Source: a virus
Reading direction: 5' to 3' (one strand)
DNA length: 39,805 bases
Virus record (IMG/VR): IMGVR_UViG_3300039449_000008
The position numbers and the translations under genes are program-made. Shown here one piece after another: positions 1 through 8,185 of this stretch. The notes under the pieces were generated by a model, which ran no database searches, was not told the DNA's origin, and was given only the letters and a program-made list of their open reading frames with translations. Numbering within the stretch: position 1 is the first letter of the stretch; the number at the start of each line of letters is the position of its first letter.

Positions 1-127
1 ATTCCTGAATATTTTAAAAAAATTCCGTATGTGGAAGGTGGCCGCGATTTTGGCGGCGCGGACTGTTACGGCGTTTTGAGGTTGTGGTTGCAATACAGGC
101 AGATTGTCGATTTGCCCGCCTGGGGGA
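1..127. repeat. Terminal direct repeat, copy 1, identical to 39679-39805. It is an assembly overlap showing that the window is a circularly closed 39,678-bp unit.
   Basis: Base-by-base comparison: attcctgaatatttt...tttgcccgcctggggga occurs at both window ends with a constant offset of 39,678. Confidence 0.95.
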
Positions 128-408
128 ATGTTATTTCCAAGCGCCGCGCGGCGTGTGCAGAGGCCTATGCAAAAAGCGCTTCTGGTTTTGTCTCGGTAAA
201 TGAGGCCCGCCAAGACGACGTAATAACGTGTCATAACCGCGCGGGTGATTTAGAACATATCGGCGCGATTATTGAAACCAGTACCGGATTGAGTGTTTAT
301 CATTCTACAGCCACATCCCGCCGCCCGGTCGTCACGCCGCTTAATGCGTTTAAGCGGCATTACAAAAATACAGAGCTGATTCGTTATGCAAATTCTGAAA
401 GTATTTAA
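1..408 (+). CDS. Tail-associated NlpC/P60 (C40) cell-wall peptidase, lambda gpK-like. The 5' end is cut by the linearisation point: the frame is open from base 1, and the likely GTG start is at 39673 in the terminal copy.
   Basis: GGADCYGV (Cys nucleophile context) and DLEHIGAII (His) motifs. It lies between the DUF1833-like and gpJ-like tail genes. The GTG at 39673 overlaps the upstream stop (ATGTGA). Confidence 0.7.
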   Translation: MPEYFKKIPYVEGGRDFGGADCYGVLRLWLQYRQIVDLPAWGNVISKRRAACAEAYAKSASGFVSVNEARQDDVITCHNRAGDLEHIGAIIETSTGLSVYHSTATSRRPVVTPLNAFKRHYKNTELIRYANSESI

Positions 409-2938
409 TCGTAATATTCACAACGACATCGATCCAGCCCCCGCCGAAATTTGCCACATTCCAGACCGTTACAGTTTTCACCAGTACCTAACCGAATTTG
501 TGCCCGCATATACCAGCGAATGTGATTTTTTATTTTCATTGCATGTTAACGGTGAACACTGGGAGCCAATACGCTGGCGCGAAATTTTGCCGCAAGATGC
601 AATATGTGAAGCTGTTCGCGCGCCGCAAGGTGCCGAGGTTATTATCCCGCTCGTTATCGCCACGCTGTCAGCCGCTTGGTCGTTTTATCAAATGAGCAAG
701 CTGGAGGTTCCAGATAACTACAACAGCACCGCGCCCACGTCGTCGAGCATTTACGGCGCGAACGCGCAAGCGAACACAGTGCGTTTAATGTCGCCCACGA
801 CAGAGCTTTTTGGCCGTCATTCGATTGTTCCTGATTACCTATCAGCGCCTCACCGTGAGTACATTGCCCAAGAAGAGTGGCTTCACTTGTTTTTACGGGT
901 GACGGCGGGTGAGTGTGTGCTAAATAATTCTGATATTTTTATTGGTGATACTCAATTAAGCACATTGGGCGCGGATGCCAGTTTTTCAGTCTTTGCGCCC
1001 GGTGCGTCAGTTGTTGGCGAACGCGCGTCAGAGCATTGGTATTCAGTCGATGAAGTAGCAGGCCAAGGCGTCGAGCTAAAAGGCGCGCTACCTGTTTTTT
1101 CATATCAACCGCCGTACACGGAAGGCGATTACACGTATTTATGGGTAGTTCAGCCAGATACAAAACAGTTAAAAATGGGACAGTACATAGTACAGGAAAG
1201 CTCTTTACAGTATGCAGGCACGGTAGACTGGAAATCATTTTTTAATGATGCGGGATACAGCAAAACGAGTTTGATTGGTGTGGTTCTGGCAATTTGGACC
1301 GGGAGCCAATACGAGTATTTTAGATGCGTAGATGATGCGTATACCGCAACATTTGCGCGTGTCGATTCCACAACGTGGGAAATTGATCAAGGCTGGTCAG
1401 GCTTTGGCACTGACGGCGCTATATTTACCGGGTTTTACAGTATTGTTCAATCTGCCGATGATTGGGGCGATTGGGCGGGCTGGTTTAATTGCACACCACC
1501 TGGCAAGACTACGGATAATTTGCGTTTTAACTTTCATTTCCCACAAGGCTTGTGCGAACTAGATAATAAAAATATTCCGCAAACCCGCTCGGTAACAGTA
1601 ACGCTTGAATATCGCGACGGCCCAAGCGGAACGGTATTGACGCGCGATTATGCGTTTAGTGAGGGCACACTCAACGCGCGCGGCTATACCCGTGAATTTT
1701 CGGTATCGAATGGCGCATGGCAGGCCCGCGTTAAATTTAAAACGATCACACACAACGCAAGCACGACAAAAGAATTGCTGTACTGGAATGGCATGGCGTC
1801 TGAATTGCCAACGCGATCCAGTTACCCAGAATTTACGACACTGGCAGTCAGCATTAAAGGCACTCACCGATTAAGCCAGTCAGCCTCTGATAAAGTGCGC
1901 GTTATTCCAACGCGAAAACTGCCAGAACTACAATATACGGGCGGTGAATATTCAATGACGGCACCTGTGGCCACCCGCAACCCAGTCGCCGCCGCGTTGC
2001 ATATATTGAGCGAGTCAGGTAACCCAGATACGCGCATTGATTTAGCCGAGTTTTATCGGTTACAGGTGCTATTTGATAGCCGTAATGATTATTTTGACGG
2101 TGCGTTTGATCAGTCAACAACGTCGTGGCCAGCGCTAAAGCGCGTATTGGCGGTGGGGCGCACGCATCCAATTACCGAAGGCGGCAAAGTGGTTCCCGTT
2201 CGTGACGAATGGCGCGATGATCCGGCTTGGTTTTTCACTGAAGACAACGTGCTAAGTGATTTTGAGTTTAATGCAGAATTGCCCACCAGCGGGGGAACGG
2301 ATATTTTTGACGGCGCTGAAGTCGAATACATGAACCCGGACACATGGAAGCCAGACACGATTCTATGTACATTACCCGGTGAAAGCGGCCAGAACCCTAG
2401 CCGTTTGCGCGCCTACGGCGTTACTGACAGAAACAAGGCCTATCAGTATGGCATGGGCAATTTGGCGCGTGACCGGTACAGAGATTTGATTATAGGTTTT
2501 CAAGCCAGCCTTGAAGGCACCCGAGTATCGTATTTAGACGCCGCTGAAATCGGCTGGACGATACCAGGACAAAGTCAGACAGGTATTGTGCTGGGTAAAG
2601 ATGGGCTCACTCTGCAGCTTTCAGAGCCGCTAAACTGGAAAGAGGGCGAAACGCACGTTATCAAGATCCGCACCCGAGAAGGTAAAGTGAGTGATGCCAT
2701 CGAAGTGACGCAAGGCCAAACCGATCAGTCAGTGATATTAGCGTCAGACGTGTCGTTTGAAATGACACTGACAGGCCGTGAAGAACCGCCGCTGTTTATG
2801 TTCGGAGTGGCTGAAGAAGTGAGCTTAAGAATGTTAATCAAAAAAAGCGCGCTCAGTGGGACCGAACGCGCGAAAGTAACAACAATGCTTGATGATGTGC
2901 GGGCTTATCAGTATGACGACGCGATAGCGCCATCATAA
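386..2938 (+). CDS. Tail tip / host-specificity protein (gpJ-like central fibre).
   Basis: 850-aa ORF overlapping the peptidase gene by 23 nt. It is the last and largest gene of the tail module, in the lambda K-(I)-J position. No diagnostic motif was recognised. Confidence 0.55.
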   Translation: MQILKVFNRNIHNDIDPAPAEICHIPDRYSFHQYLTEFVPAYTSECDFLFSLHVNGEHWEPIRWREILPQDAICEAVRAPQGAEVIIPLVIATLSAAWSFYQMSKLEVPDNYNSTAPTSSSIYGANAQANTVRLMSPTTELFGRHSIVPDYLSAPHREYIAQEEWLHLFLRVTAGECVLNNSDIFIGDTQLSTLGADASFSVFAPGASVVGERASEHWYSVDEVAGQGVELKGALPVFSYQPPYTEGDYTYLWVVQPDTKQLKMGQYIVQESSLQYAGTVDWKSFFNDAGYSKTSLIGVVLAIWTGSQYEYFRCVDDAYTATFARVDSTTWEIDQGWSGFGTDGAIFTGFYSIVQSADDWGDWAGWFNCTPPGKTTDNLRFNFHFPQGLCELDNKNIPQTRSVTVTLEYRDGPSGTVLTRDYAFSEGTLNARGYTREFSVSNGAWQARVKFKTITHNASTTKELLYWNGMASELPTRSSYPEFTTLAVSIKGTHRLSQSASDKVRVIPTRKLPELQYTGGEYSMTAPVATRNPVAAALHILSESGNPDTRIDLAEFYRLQVLFDSRNDYFDGAFDQSTTSWPALKRVLAVGRTHPITEGGKVVPVRDEWRDDPAWFFTEDNVLSDFEFNAELPTSGGTDIFDGAEVEYMNPDTWKPDTILCTLPGESGQNPSRLRAYGVTDRNKAYQYGMGNLARDRYRDLIIGFQASLEGTRVSYLDAAEIGWTIPGQSQTGIVLGKDGLTLQLSEPLNWKEGETHVIKIRTREGKVSDAIEVTQGQTDQSVILASDVSFEMTLTGREEPPLFMFGVAEEVSLRMLIKKSALSGTERAKVTTMLDDVRAYQYDDAIAPS

Positions 2939-3157
2939 CGGCTCGGCTTGAGGCGGCGCGGCATAGATAGTGCCGCTCGCTACTTTTTCTGCGAAGTCGT
3001 TAGTTTTCCACGCTAAATCCTTCGATCCTTCCCAGCCTTCCGGCTCACCTTCAACAGTACCCCGAACAAACTCCGTGGTTTTGTGCGTGACTTGTACTGT
3101 TACTTCCCCCACCGTGGTGTTGTAAAAAACGACAATACGGTCATCGATATCAAACAT
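2933..3157 (-). CDS. Hypothetical 74-aa protein, third gene of the partition operon.
   Basis: AAGGGGG Shine-Dalgarno 4 nt before the ATG and only 9 nt downstream of the ParB-like stop. Convergent with the tail-tip gene. Confidence 0.5.
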   Translation of the reverse strand: MFDIDDRIVVFYNTTVGEVTVQVTHKTTEFVRGTVEGEPEGWEGSKDLAWKTNDFAEKVASGTIYAAPPQAEPL

Positions 3158-3166
3158 AAAGCCCCC

Positions 3167-3538
3167 TTAATATCTTCCTTTAAAGTGCAGATCATCGACC
3201 ATCGAATACAGGCCTTTATCGTCCTGATATTTTCTGAAAAGATCCGTAAGCGCTTCAACGATTAAACGATTCGCTGTGTTTCGAGAGTTCACAGATTTAG
3301 TGTCTACACACTCCAACAACTCGTTTAAATCGCGTTTTATGGTCAGCGGGATTGTGGTATCCAGCCGCGCCATTTTATCTTCAAAGAATTCCTCAACGAC
3401 GTGAGTTTTAAGCATTGCCTTCGCTTTGTCTAAGTGAGGCCGCGCTCGCTCAGGTGCTGCATTAACAGACAGGCCCGAGTGCTTTCGCTTGCCTTCCGTG
3501 TTTCCAGTCACTGGCTTTTTAGGCTTACCGATATCCAT
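3167..3538 (-). CDS. Small centromere-binding protein of the partition operon, ribbon-helix-helix type (ParG/omega-like).
   Basis: 123 aa. It has a basic, disordered-looking N-terminus (KPKKPVTGNTEGKRKH), then a beta-alpha-alpha pattern: TTIPLTIKRDL / NELLECV / SRNTANRLIVEALTDLF. Its start overlaps the parA stop (ATTATTT... 3538). Confidence 0.6.
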   Translation of the reverse strand: MDIGKPKKPVTGNTEGKRKHSGLSVNAAPERARPHLDKAKAMLKTHVVEEFFEDKMARLDTTIPLTIKRDLNELLECVDTKSVNSRNTANRLIVEALTDLFRKYQDDKGLYSMVDDLHFKGRY

Positions 3539-4212
3539 TATTTCAAACCCTCAGAAATAGCGATTAATTCTTTCGCGAGCATCTTAATTTCATGCCGCGC
3601 TTGATTTTGTTCGTCAAGATCAACAACAGAGCCGCCACCTTCAAAAATCCGCTGATAATCCAGCCGCCGCGTTGTTCTTGATTTTAATGTTGGCAGTTCG
3701 TACCCCTTCTGAATCATTCCCGCAAACGTTCCAGACTCCTTAGATGTCTTCAGCACCTGAGAAACCATAAAGTACGTTTCAGGCCGCTTAGCGTCGCGAA
3801 TTTCGTGTATCTCTTTAATGATGTCGACAATAGTGTCAGTAGCCCATACGTCAGCTTGTGTCGGCTGCACTGGTATCACGACAATGTCGGCTGACTTAAT
3901 CGCTTGCACTGTCAGCGCTTGCACCTGGGGCGCACCATCGACTACTACAAAATCACACCCCCGTTTAACGGCTCCAATTTCGCGGCTAATGTTTGTGCCC
4001 ATCGATGAAACTCTAAAAAAGCTTTCTTCTTCGCCGCTCACATTAGCCCGCGTTGCGGCCCAATCTAAAGCCGTGCCCTGTGGATCCATGTTCACCAGTT
4101 CGACCGTGTAGCCCATTGAGTCCAGCATAGCGGCCAGATTAATACTGGCCGTGGTTTTGCCGCACCCGCCTTTTTGATTTAAGAACGAAATCACCGTGCC
4201 TTTCATACACAC
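3538..4212 (-). CDS. parA: Partition ATPase ParA, a small type Ib-like enzyme with a deviant Walker A.
   Basis: NQKGGCGKTTASINLA deviant Walker A (KGGxGKT). 224 aa with no N-terminal DNA-binding extension. Internal VVVDGAPQ and VIPVQP motifs. Confidence 0.9.
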   Translation of the reverse strand: MCMKGTVISFLNQKGGCGKTTASINLAAMLDSMGYTVELVNMDPQGTALDWAATRANVSGEEESFFRVSSMGTNISREIGAVKRGCDFVVVDGAPQVQALTVQAIKSADIVVIPVQPTQADVWATDTIVDIIKEIHEIRDAKRPETYFMVSQVLKTSKESGTFAGMIQKGYELPTLKSRTTRRLDYQRIFEGGGSVVDLDEQNQARHEIKMLAKELIAISEGLK

Positions 4213-4246
4213 CCCCTTGGTTAATTGTTTTTACTTTATAACACGC

Positions 4247-4274
4247 TTTCCGGTTTTCCGGAAATACGTAAGAC
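4247..4274. promoter_or_regulatory. Iteron array P (tttccgg ttttccgg) plus the AAATACGTAAGAC box, upstream of parA.
   Basis: Sequence tttccggttttccggaaatacgtaagac, 35 bp from the parA start. Member of the seven-locus family. Confidence 0.7.
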
Positions 4275-4296
4275 GAAAAAATATATCTTTTTTAGC

Positions 4297-4313
4297 GGTT
4301 TCCGGTTGGTTTC
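4297..4313. promoter_or_regulatory. Degenerate iteron copy (ggtttccggttggtttc).
   Basis: Partial match to the TTTCCGG unit, 23 bp from array P. Confidence 0.35.
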
Positions 4314-4538
4314 TTCCTAACTCACTGAAAAATAAAAGAAAAATAAAATAGATAAATTATCGACGGGATAGCTTCCGCTTTCTATTCATGCCGCTAGCAA
4401 GCTGAAGTGCTGGCGAATCCACCTTTAAAAAGAATATCAACCAACAACGGGCAAGCCTAAAAAAGTATACGAGATTAATCGTATAGTATGTATATTTTAG
4501 GCACACACAAATATATATATATGCACAAAATATACATA

Positions 4539-4632
4539 CATACCTACACCCCAAATATACATGTACATTTAGCTCCATTATATACGTATATAATGGAGCT
4601 AAATGTACATGTATATTTGGGGTGTAGGTATG
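4539..4632. repeat. 94-bp perfect palindrome, candidate telomere resolution site telRL.
   Basis: 4539-4585 is the exact reverse complement of 4586-4632. The dyad lies at TATAC|GTATA and the core reads CCATTATATACGTATATAATGG. It sits between parA and the protelomerase gene. Confidence 0.85.
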
Positions 4633-4724
4633 CTTTTGTGTGTGTTTTAAATATACATGCTTGCGTTGTGTGTCTTTATAGTGTACTTTTGTGCATGCTG
4701 GTTAATTAATAAGAGGGAATAGGC

Positions 4725-6308
4725 ATGGAAAATCAGAAAAAACGCGCAAGCCAAGGCACTGTCGACCTTGCCGCTGTTATCAGTGACACGATTGACCGTA
4801 TTAAAAAAATAGATGGCCACGCTGATTGGGATCAGTCAGAAAAGACACGTAGGCATAAGGTTTTAGCGGAATCAGTTAAAAACAAACTGCACGAAGATGG
4901 CCGCCGAAGCGATGAAAACAAGGTTTCGCTGGCAACCTATCGCCGTTATTTGACTGACGTTAGAAAAGCGATTACCGCCGAAAACATGCACCACCATAAC
5001 CTAGAAAAAAAGTTGGATGTATTGGCGCGGCGGTATCCAAAACACAACGCTGAATTGCTGGCTATAAAGCGCGACAACATTAGTGACACGCGACTGGCAC
5101 ACAAGGCGGCGCTTGAGTCTCTAATCGACGAATCAGAGGCTTACAGCGACTTGAAAGCGATCATCATTGATCATGAAATCATGCGTCATTTGTCAATGGC
5201 GTCCGCGCAAAAAACGAAACTATCAAACCAGCAGCAAGCGGCCCTTGAAGAAAAGAAACATAACGCTGTCGAAATTGACAAAGACTGGCTACTGGTTACG
5301 ACAGAAAGCCTTTTAAAGCCTGATACAGACAGCCAGATAAGCTTTGCGCGCTTAGCGCTTGGTATCGCGTTTGCTACTGGTCGCCGGGCGATTGAAGTGC
5401 TTTATCAAGGCAACTTTGAAGCGGCTGGAAAATATGAGCTCACATTTTCAGGCTTTGCGAAAAAGCGCGGCGGTGCTGATTACAGCAACAAAGCGCGAAT
5501 TTATACCATCGTACCCGCCTCTGACGTGTTAGCGGCGGTTGAACTGCTACGCCAACAGCCAGAAATTGAAGCCATGCGTAATGACTTTGGAAGCCTCCCA
5601 GAAGGCGAACGAAACCGCGCGGTTAACCATCGCGCGGCGGCAAACCTAAACAACACCGCCAAACGCGTTTTTGGTGATGAAACCCGCGTATTTCGTGACA
5701 GCCGCGCCGTATGGGCAAGGTTCGTTTTTGAAGAACATTTTCGCAAAGACCCGCGCTGGAAAAAATTAGACGAAGACGTATTCTGGCACCAGCAACTAGG
5801 GCACGAAGACCTAGACACCCAGCAAGCGTACAAGCAATTTAAACTAATCGATGTCGAGCGCGGAGGCGATCAAGACCGCCTTTCTGCAGTCAAAGCACTG
5901 GCCAGAAACCCAGAAGTTATGAAGCGTGGTGCATTACAAAAAATAAACGCCTGGGCGGTTTCAGTGCTTGAAAACGACCCTACTGACAAAATCACACAGC
6001 ATCGAATTATCAGCGAGCTTGGATCTGGCCGGGGCGTGATTAAAGACTGGCTAACACTTGCTGAAGATGCGTTAAACCTTGATCCGGTGGCAAATCGCAC
6101 CCAAAAACACGAAGAAAAGCCGCAAAGAAAAGAAGAAAGCAAACCAGCGGCCCAAATGGATAAACCGCGCATCCGCGCTACTAAAGACGGCGGCTGGTGG
6201 TTGGTGTCTATCGAGATTGACGGCGCTGAATATGAATACACATACCACGCCGACGAATATGGCCGTGGTGATGCTATGGCCGCCGCATGGGCTGAACACG
6301 CTGAATAA
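4725..6308 (+). CDS. telN: Protelomerase (telomere resolvase, TelN/TelK family).
   Basis: 527 aa with tyrosine-recombinase-like boxes ATGRRAIEVL, FAKKRGG, RDSRAVWARFVF, HQQLGHEDL and QQAYKQF. It is adjacent to the palindrome. Synteny par-tel-telN matches N15. Confidence 0.9.
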   Translation: MENQKKRASQGTVDLAAVISDTIDRIKKIDGHADWDQSEKTRRHKVLAESVKNKLHEDGRRSDENKVSLATYRRYLTDVRKAITAENMHHHNLEKKLDVLARRYPKHNAELLAIKRDNISDTRLAHKAALESLIDESEAYSDLKAIIIDHEIMRHLSMASAQKTKLSNQQQAALEEKKHNAVEIDKDWLLVTTESLLKPDTDSQISFARLALGIAFATGRRAIEVLYQGNFEAAGKYELTFSGFAKKRGGADYSNKARIYTIVPASDVLAAVELLRQQPEIEAMRNDFGSLPEGERNRAVNHRAAANLNNTAKRVFGDETRVFRDSRAVWARFVFEEHFRKDPRWKKLDEDVFWHQQLGHEDLDTQQAYKQFKLIDVERGGDQDRLSAVKALARNPEVMKRGALQKINAWAVSVLENDPTDKITQHRIISELGSGRGVIKDWLTLAEDALNLDPVANRTQKHEEKPQRKEESKPAAQMDKPRIRATKDGGWWLVSIEIDGAEYEYTYHADEYGRGDAMAAAWAEHAE

Positions 6309-6495
6309 GCGGGCAATGACTCACCCGCCTGACCATTTCGAGCACATGCTCGGAGTGGTCACGCGCAACCCCTAAAACAATAGCCTCCGACTGGCCCTGC
6401 AGGGCTTGCGACATCGAAACCACATCAAGAATGGCTTGTATTTGAGAAACTGAGCGCTGAAGTTCATCGATCAAACCTTGATAATCCGTATGCAT
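6274..6495 (-). CDS. Hypothetical 73-aa protein, divergent from the HTH gene.
   Basis: AAGGA Shine-Dalgarno 7 nt before the ATG. Helical-looking N-terminal half. Its 3' end overlaps the telN 3' end by 35 nt. Confidence 0.4.
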   Translation of the reverse strand: MHTDYQGLIDELQRSVSQIQAILDVVSMSQALQGQSEAIVLGVARDHSEHVLEMVRRVSHCPLIQRVQPMRRP

Positions 6496-6504
6496 AAATC
6501 AATC

Positions 6505-6525
6505 CTTGTGACAGTTTGTTACAAG
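6505..6525. promoter_or_regulatory. Imperfect palindrome CTTGTGACA-N3-TGTTACAAG, candidate operator.
   Basis: Read directly. It overlaps the SD of the 6274-6495 ORF. A second dyad, GTACA-C-TGTAC, lies at 6550-6560. Confidence 0.35.
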
Positions 6526-6664
6526 ATAATTGCGCAAAATTTAACATTCGTACACTGTACAAAACATACACAATGGCAATATATTAACCACCAACACCAA
6601 AAAGGCGCGTTTTGGCCACTTGGTGGCAATAATAAAACCACAATAATTACAGAGACTGACAACA

Positions 6665-7105
6665 ATGACACGAAGCGCCCTATGGGCGGCGTTCGGTTAT
6701 CGACTGAAATGGGCCAGGGAAGCGCGGAAAATCAGCAAGACCGAAGCCGCAGAAAAGTTAACAAACAAACTCAACAGCATAAAACCGGCTATAAGTCGCC
6801 GACATATTGCGTACTGGGAGACAATCGACACCCCAGAAGAGAGCACAACTAAAACAAAGATGAGACCACCCCGCCCGCGCGAAATAATTCACCTGGTCGA
6901 GATATATGGCATAAATGGATTGTGGCTGTTTTTATATGAGCGTGAACCCACGCTATCACCAGAGCCGCCCACACGATCTGCGCTATACGGGCGGCCAGAG
7001 GCCCGCAACGCCTCAGAAATCTGGCTGACGGAGCGCATACAGCGGCTAAATGAATCAGATATAGCCCTATTAGTTGACGCCATTGGCGTTGTCCGTAGGA
7101 TCTGA
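6665..7105 (+). CDS. XRE-family helix-turn-helix regulator (second repressor-like protein).
   Basis: KISKTEAAEKL...ISRRHIAYWE HTH pattern followed by IIHLVEIYGINGLWLF. Heads an operon with two lipoprotein genes. Confidence 0.65.
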   Translation: MTRSALWAAFGYRLKWAREARKISKTEAAEKLTNKLNSIKPAISRRHIAYWETIDTPEESTTKTKMRPPRPREIIHLVEIYGINGLWLFLYEREPTLSPEPPTRSALYGRPEARNASEIWLTERIQRLNESDIALLVDAIGVVRRI

Positions 7106-7138
7106 CACAATCGCGATAAATCGACGCAAAGGCACACC

Positions 7139-7417
7139 ATGAAATTTATCGCATTAATCATAAGCGCAGCACTGGCAACGGGCTGCGCTAACATGCTCGA
7201 ATCGCCAGAAGGCACCACCGACGTGGGAAAAATGATAACCGGCGGAGGAACGATCAAACTGATACGAGTGCAGCGACCAACGGGCTACACTGGCGCGATG
7301 TATATCAGCGACCAATACGGAATAAATACCAACTATATATCCATGCCGCCAAGCAAATTAAGAGAACTAAAAAGCCTGATAGAACAAACTCTGGTGAGCA
7401 TTGAGGCAAAAAATTGA
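7139..7417 (+). CDS. Small lipoprotein.
   Basis: Signal peptide with lipobox MKFIALIISAALATGC. Confidence 0.7.
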   Translation: MKFIALIISAALATGCANMLESPEGTTDVGKMITGGGTIKLIRVQRPTGYTGAMYISDQYGINTNYISMPPSKLRELKSLIEQTLVSIEAKN

Positions 7418-7746
7418 AACCTGTATTACTGGCAATAATCAGCCTAATTGTAACAGCCTGCACACCAACAGAACCGCCTTTAGCAGGTGAAATGACAGAG
7501 CGCCAAATATGCCAAACATCGGGTTATCTGATAAGACAAAAACTAGGAAATGAAATAAAAACGCATGGCATAGAATGCACTGTAACCGCCATTAGTAGCC
7601 AAACTGTAGAAATATCAGCAGGCTACAAAACACCGCTCAACACCACCCATTACTACACAGCCAAGGCGCGAGTGAGTGGCGACCGGCTAACAATAAACAC
7701 GATCCGAGACGCTGAAGGCGATACACTCTTTCGGAATTGGCCTTAG
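7414..7746 (+). CDS. Small lipoprotein with a TTG start.
   Basis: Signal peptide with lipobox (M)KPVLLAIISLIVTAC. GAGG 7 nt upstream. The start overlaps the previous stop (TTGA). Confidence 0.65.
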   Translation: MKPVLLAIISLIVTACTPTEPPLAGEMTERQICQTSGYLIRQKLGNEIKTHGIECTVTAISSQTVEISAGYKTPLNTTHYYTAKARVSGDRLTINTIRDAEGDTLFRNWP

Positions 7747-7776
7747 AAAAACAGGCAAGGCTTTTCAGCCCTGCTG
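7745..7776 (-). terminator. Rho-independent terminator for the 7803-8141 gene, lying between convergent genes.
   Basis: The minus-strand RNA reads gcagggc-ugaaaa-gccuugc (7 bp, one G-U) followed by cuguuuuu. Confidence 0.55.
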
Positions 7777-7802
7777 CTTTGCACTGTTCGCTTGATGTAA
7801 TT

Positions 7803-8141
7803 TTATAGACCTAACGATTCTGCAAGCTTAGTTATCATTTTACCGTCCCAATCCTTGATTGGTCGAGCGGTATCATAACCGTTTACAACTGCATCAAAAA
7901 CGCTTGTAAATTCATTCCAATCTTTATCTAAATCCGCGAATGTGTCACTTGTGCACAACTTGACTACCATTCCGTGCTGAAACCTAACAGCGCCACCCTG
8001 CATGCCATTTTCGCCACCATAGCCATCACGAATGAGTAATCTTCCGTGTTTTTCATGGTCAATGATTGCATCAGTACCCAAAAAACCAAAATCACGCTCA
8101 ACTTTTCTTTTTTCGATAATCGTGGTCATATTTTTCACCAT
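7803..8141 (-). CDS. Hypothetical 108-112-aa protein forming a stand-alone transcription unit (moron).
   Basis: It has its own sigma70-like promoter (8186-8213) and terminator (7745-7776). Alternative ATG at 8129. Confidence 0.6.
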   Translation of the reverse strand: MVKNMTTIIEKRKVERDFGFLGTDAIIDHEKHGRLLIRDGYGGENGMQGGAVRFQHGMVVKLCTSDTFADLDKDWNEFTSVFDAVVNGYDTARPIKDWDGKMITKLAESLGL

Positions 8142-8185
8142 TCTTGGTTTTGGCCTCGGAGTCCATCCCCTCAGTCCATAATCTA

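Noticed and set aside
4357-4709. Two 73-aa ORFs on opposite strands (4357-4578 minus, 4488-4709 plus) that share the peptide MELNVHVYLGCRY.
   Set aside because: They are mirror-image artefacts of translating the 94-bp palindrome in both directions. The composition is low-complexity (TA)n/(CA)n, there is no SD, and they lie in the tel/promoter region.
5870-6316. Long antisense or alternative-frame ORFs inside large genes. Examples are 5870-6316 and 5501-5833 in telN, 939-1238 in the gpJ-like gene, 11033-11446 and 12812-13210 in repA, 18447-18899 over ssb, 29946-30606 in the capsid gene and 36780-37223.
   Set aside because: They fully overlap well-supported genes, have Arg/Ser/Cys-rich or low-complexity translations, and lack SDs. 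They are typical shadow ORFs of moderately GC-rich coding DNA.
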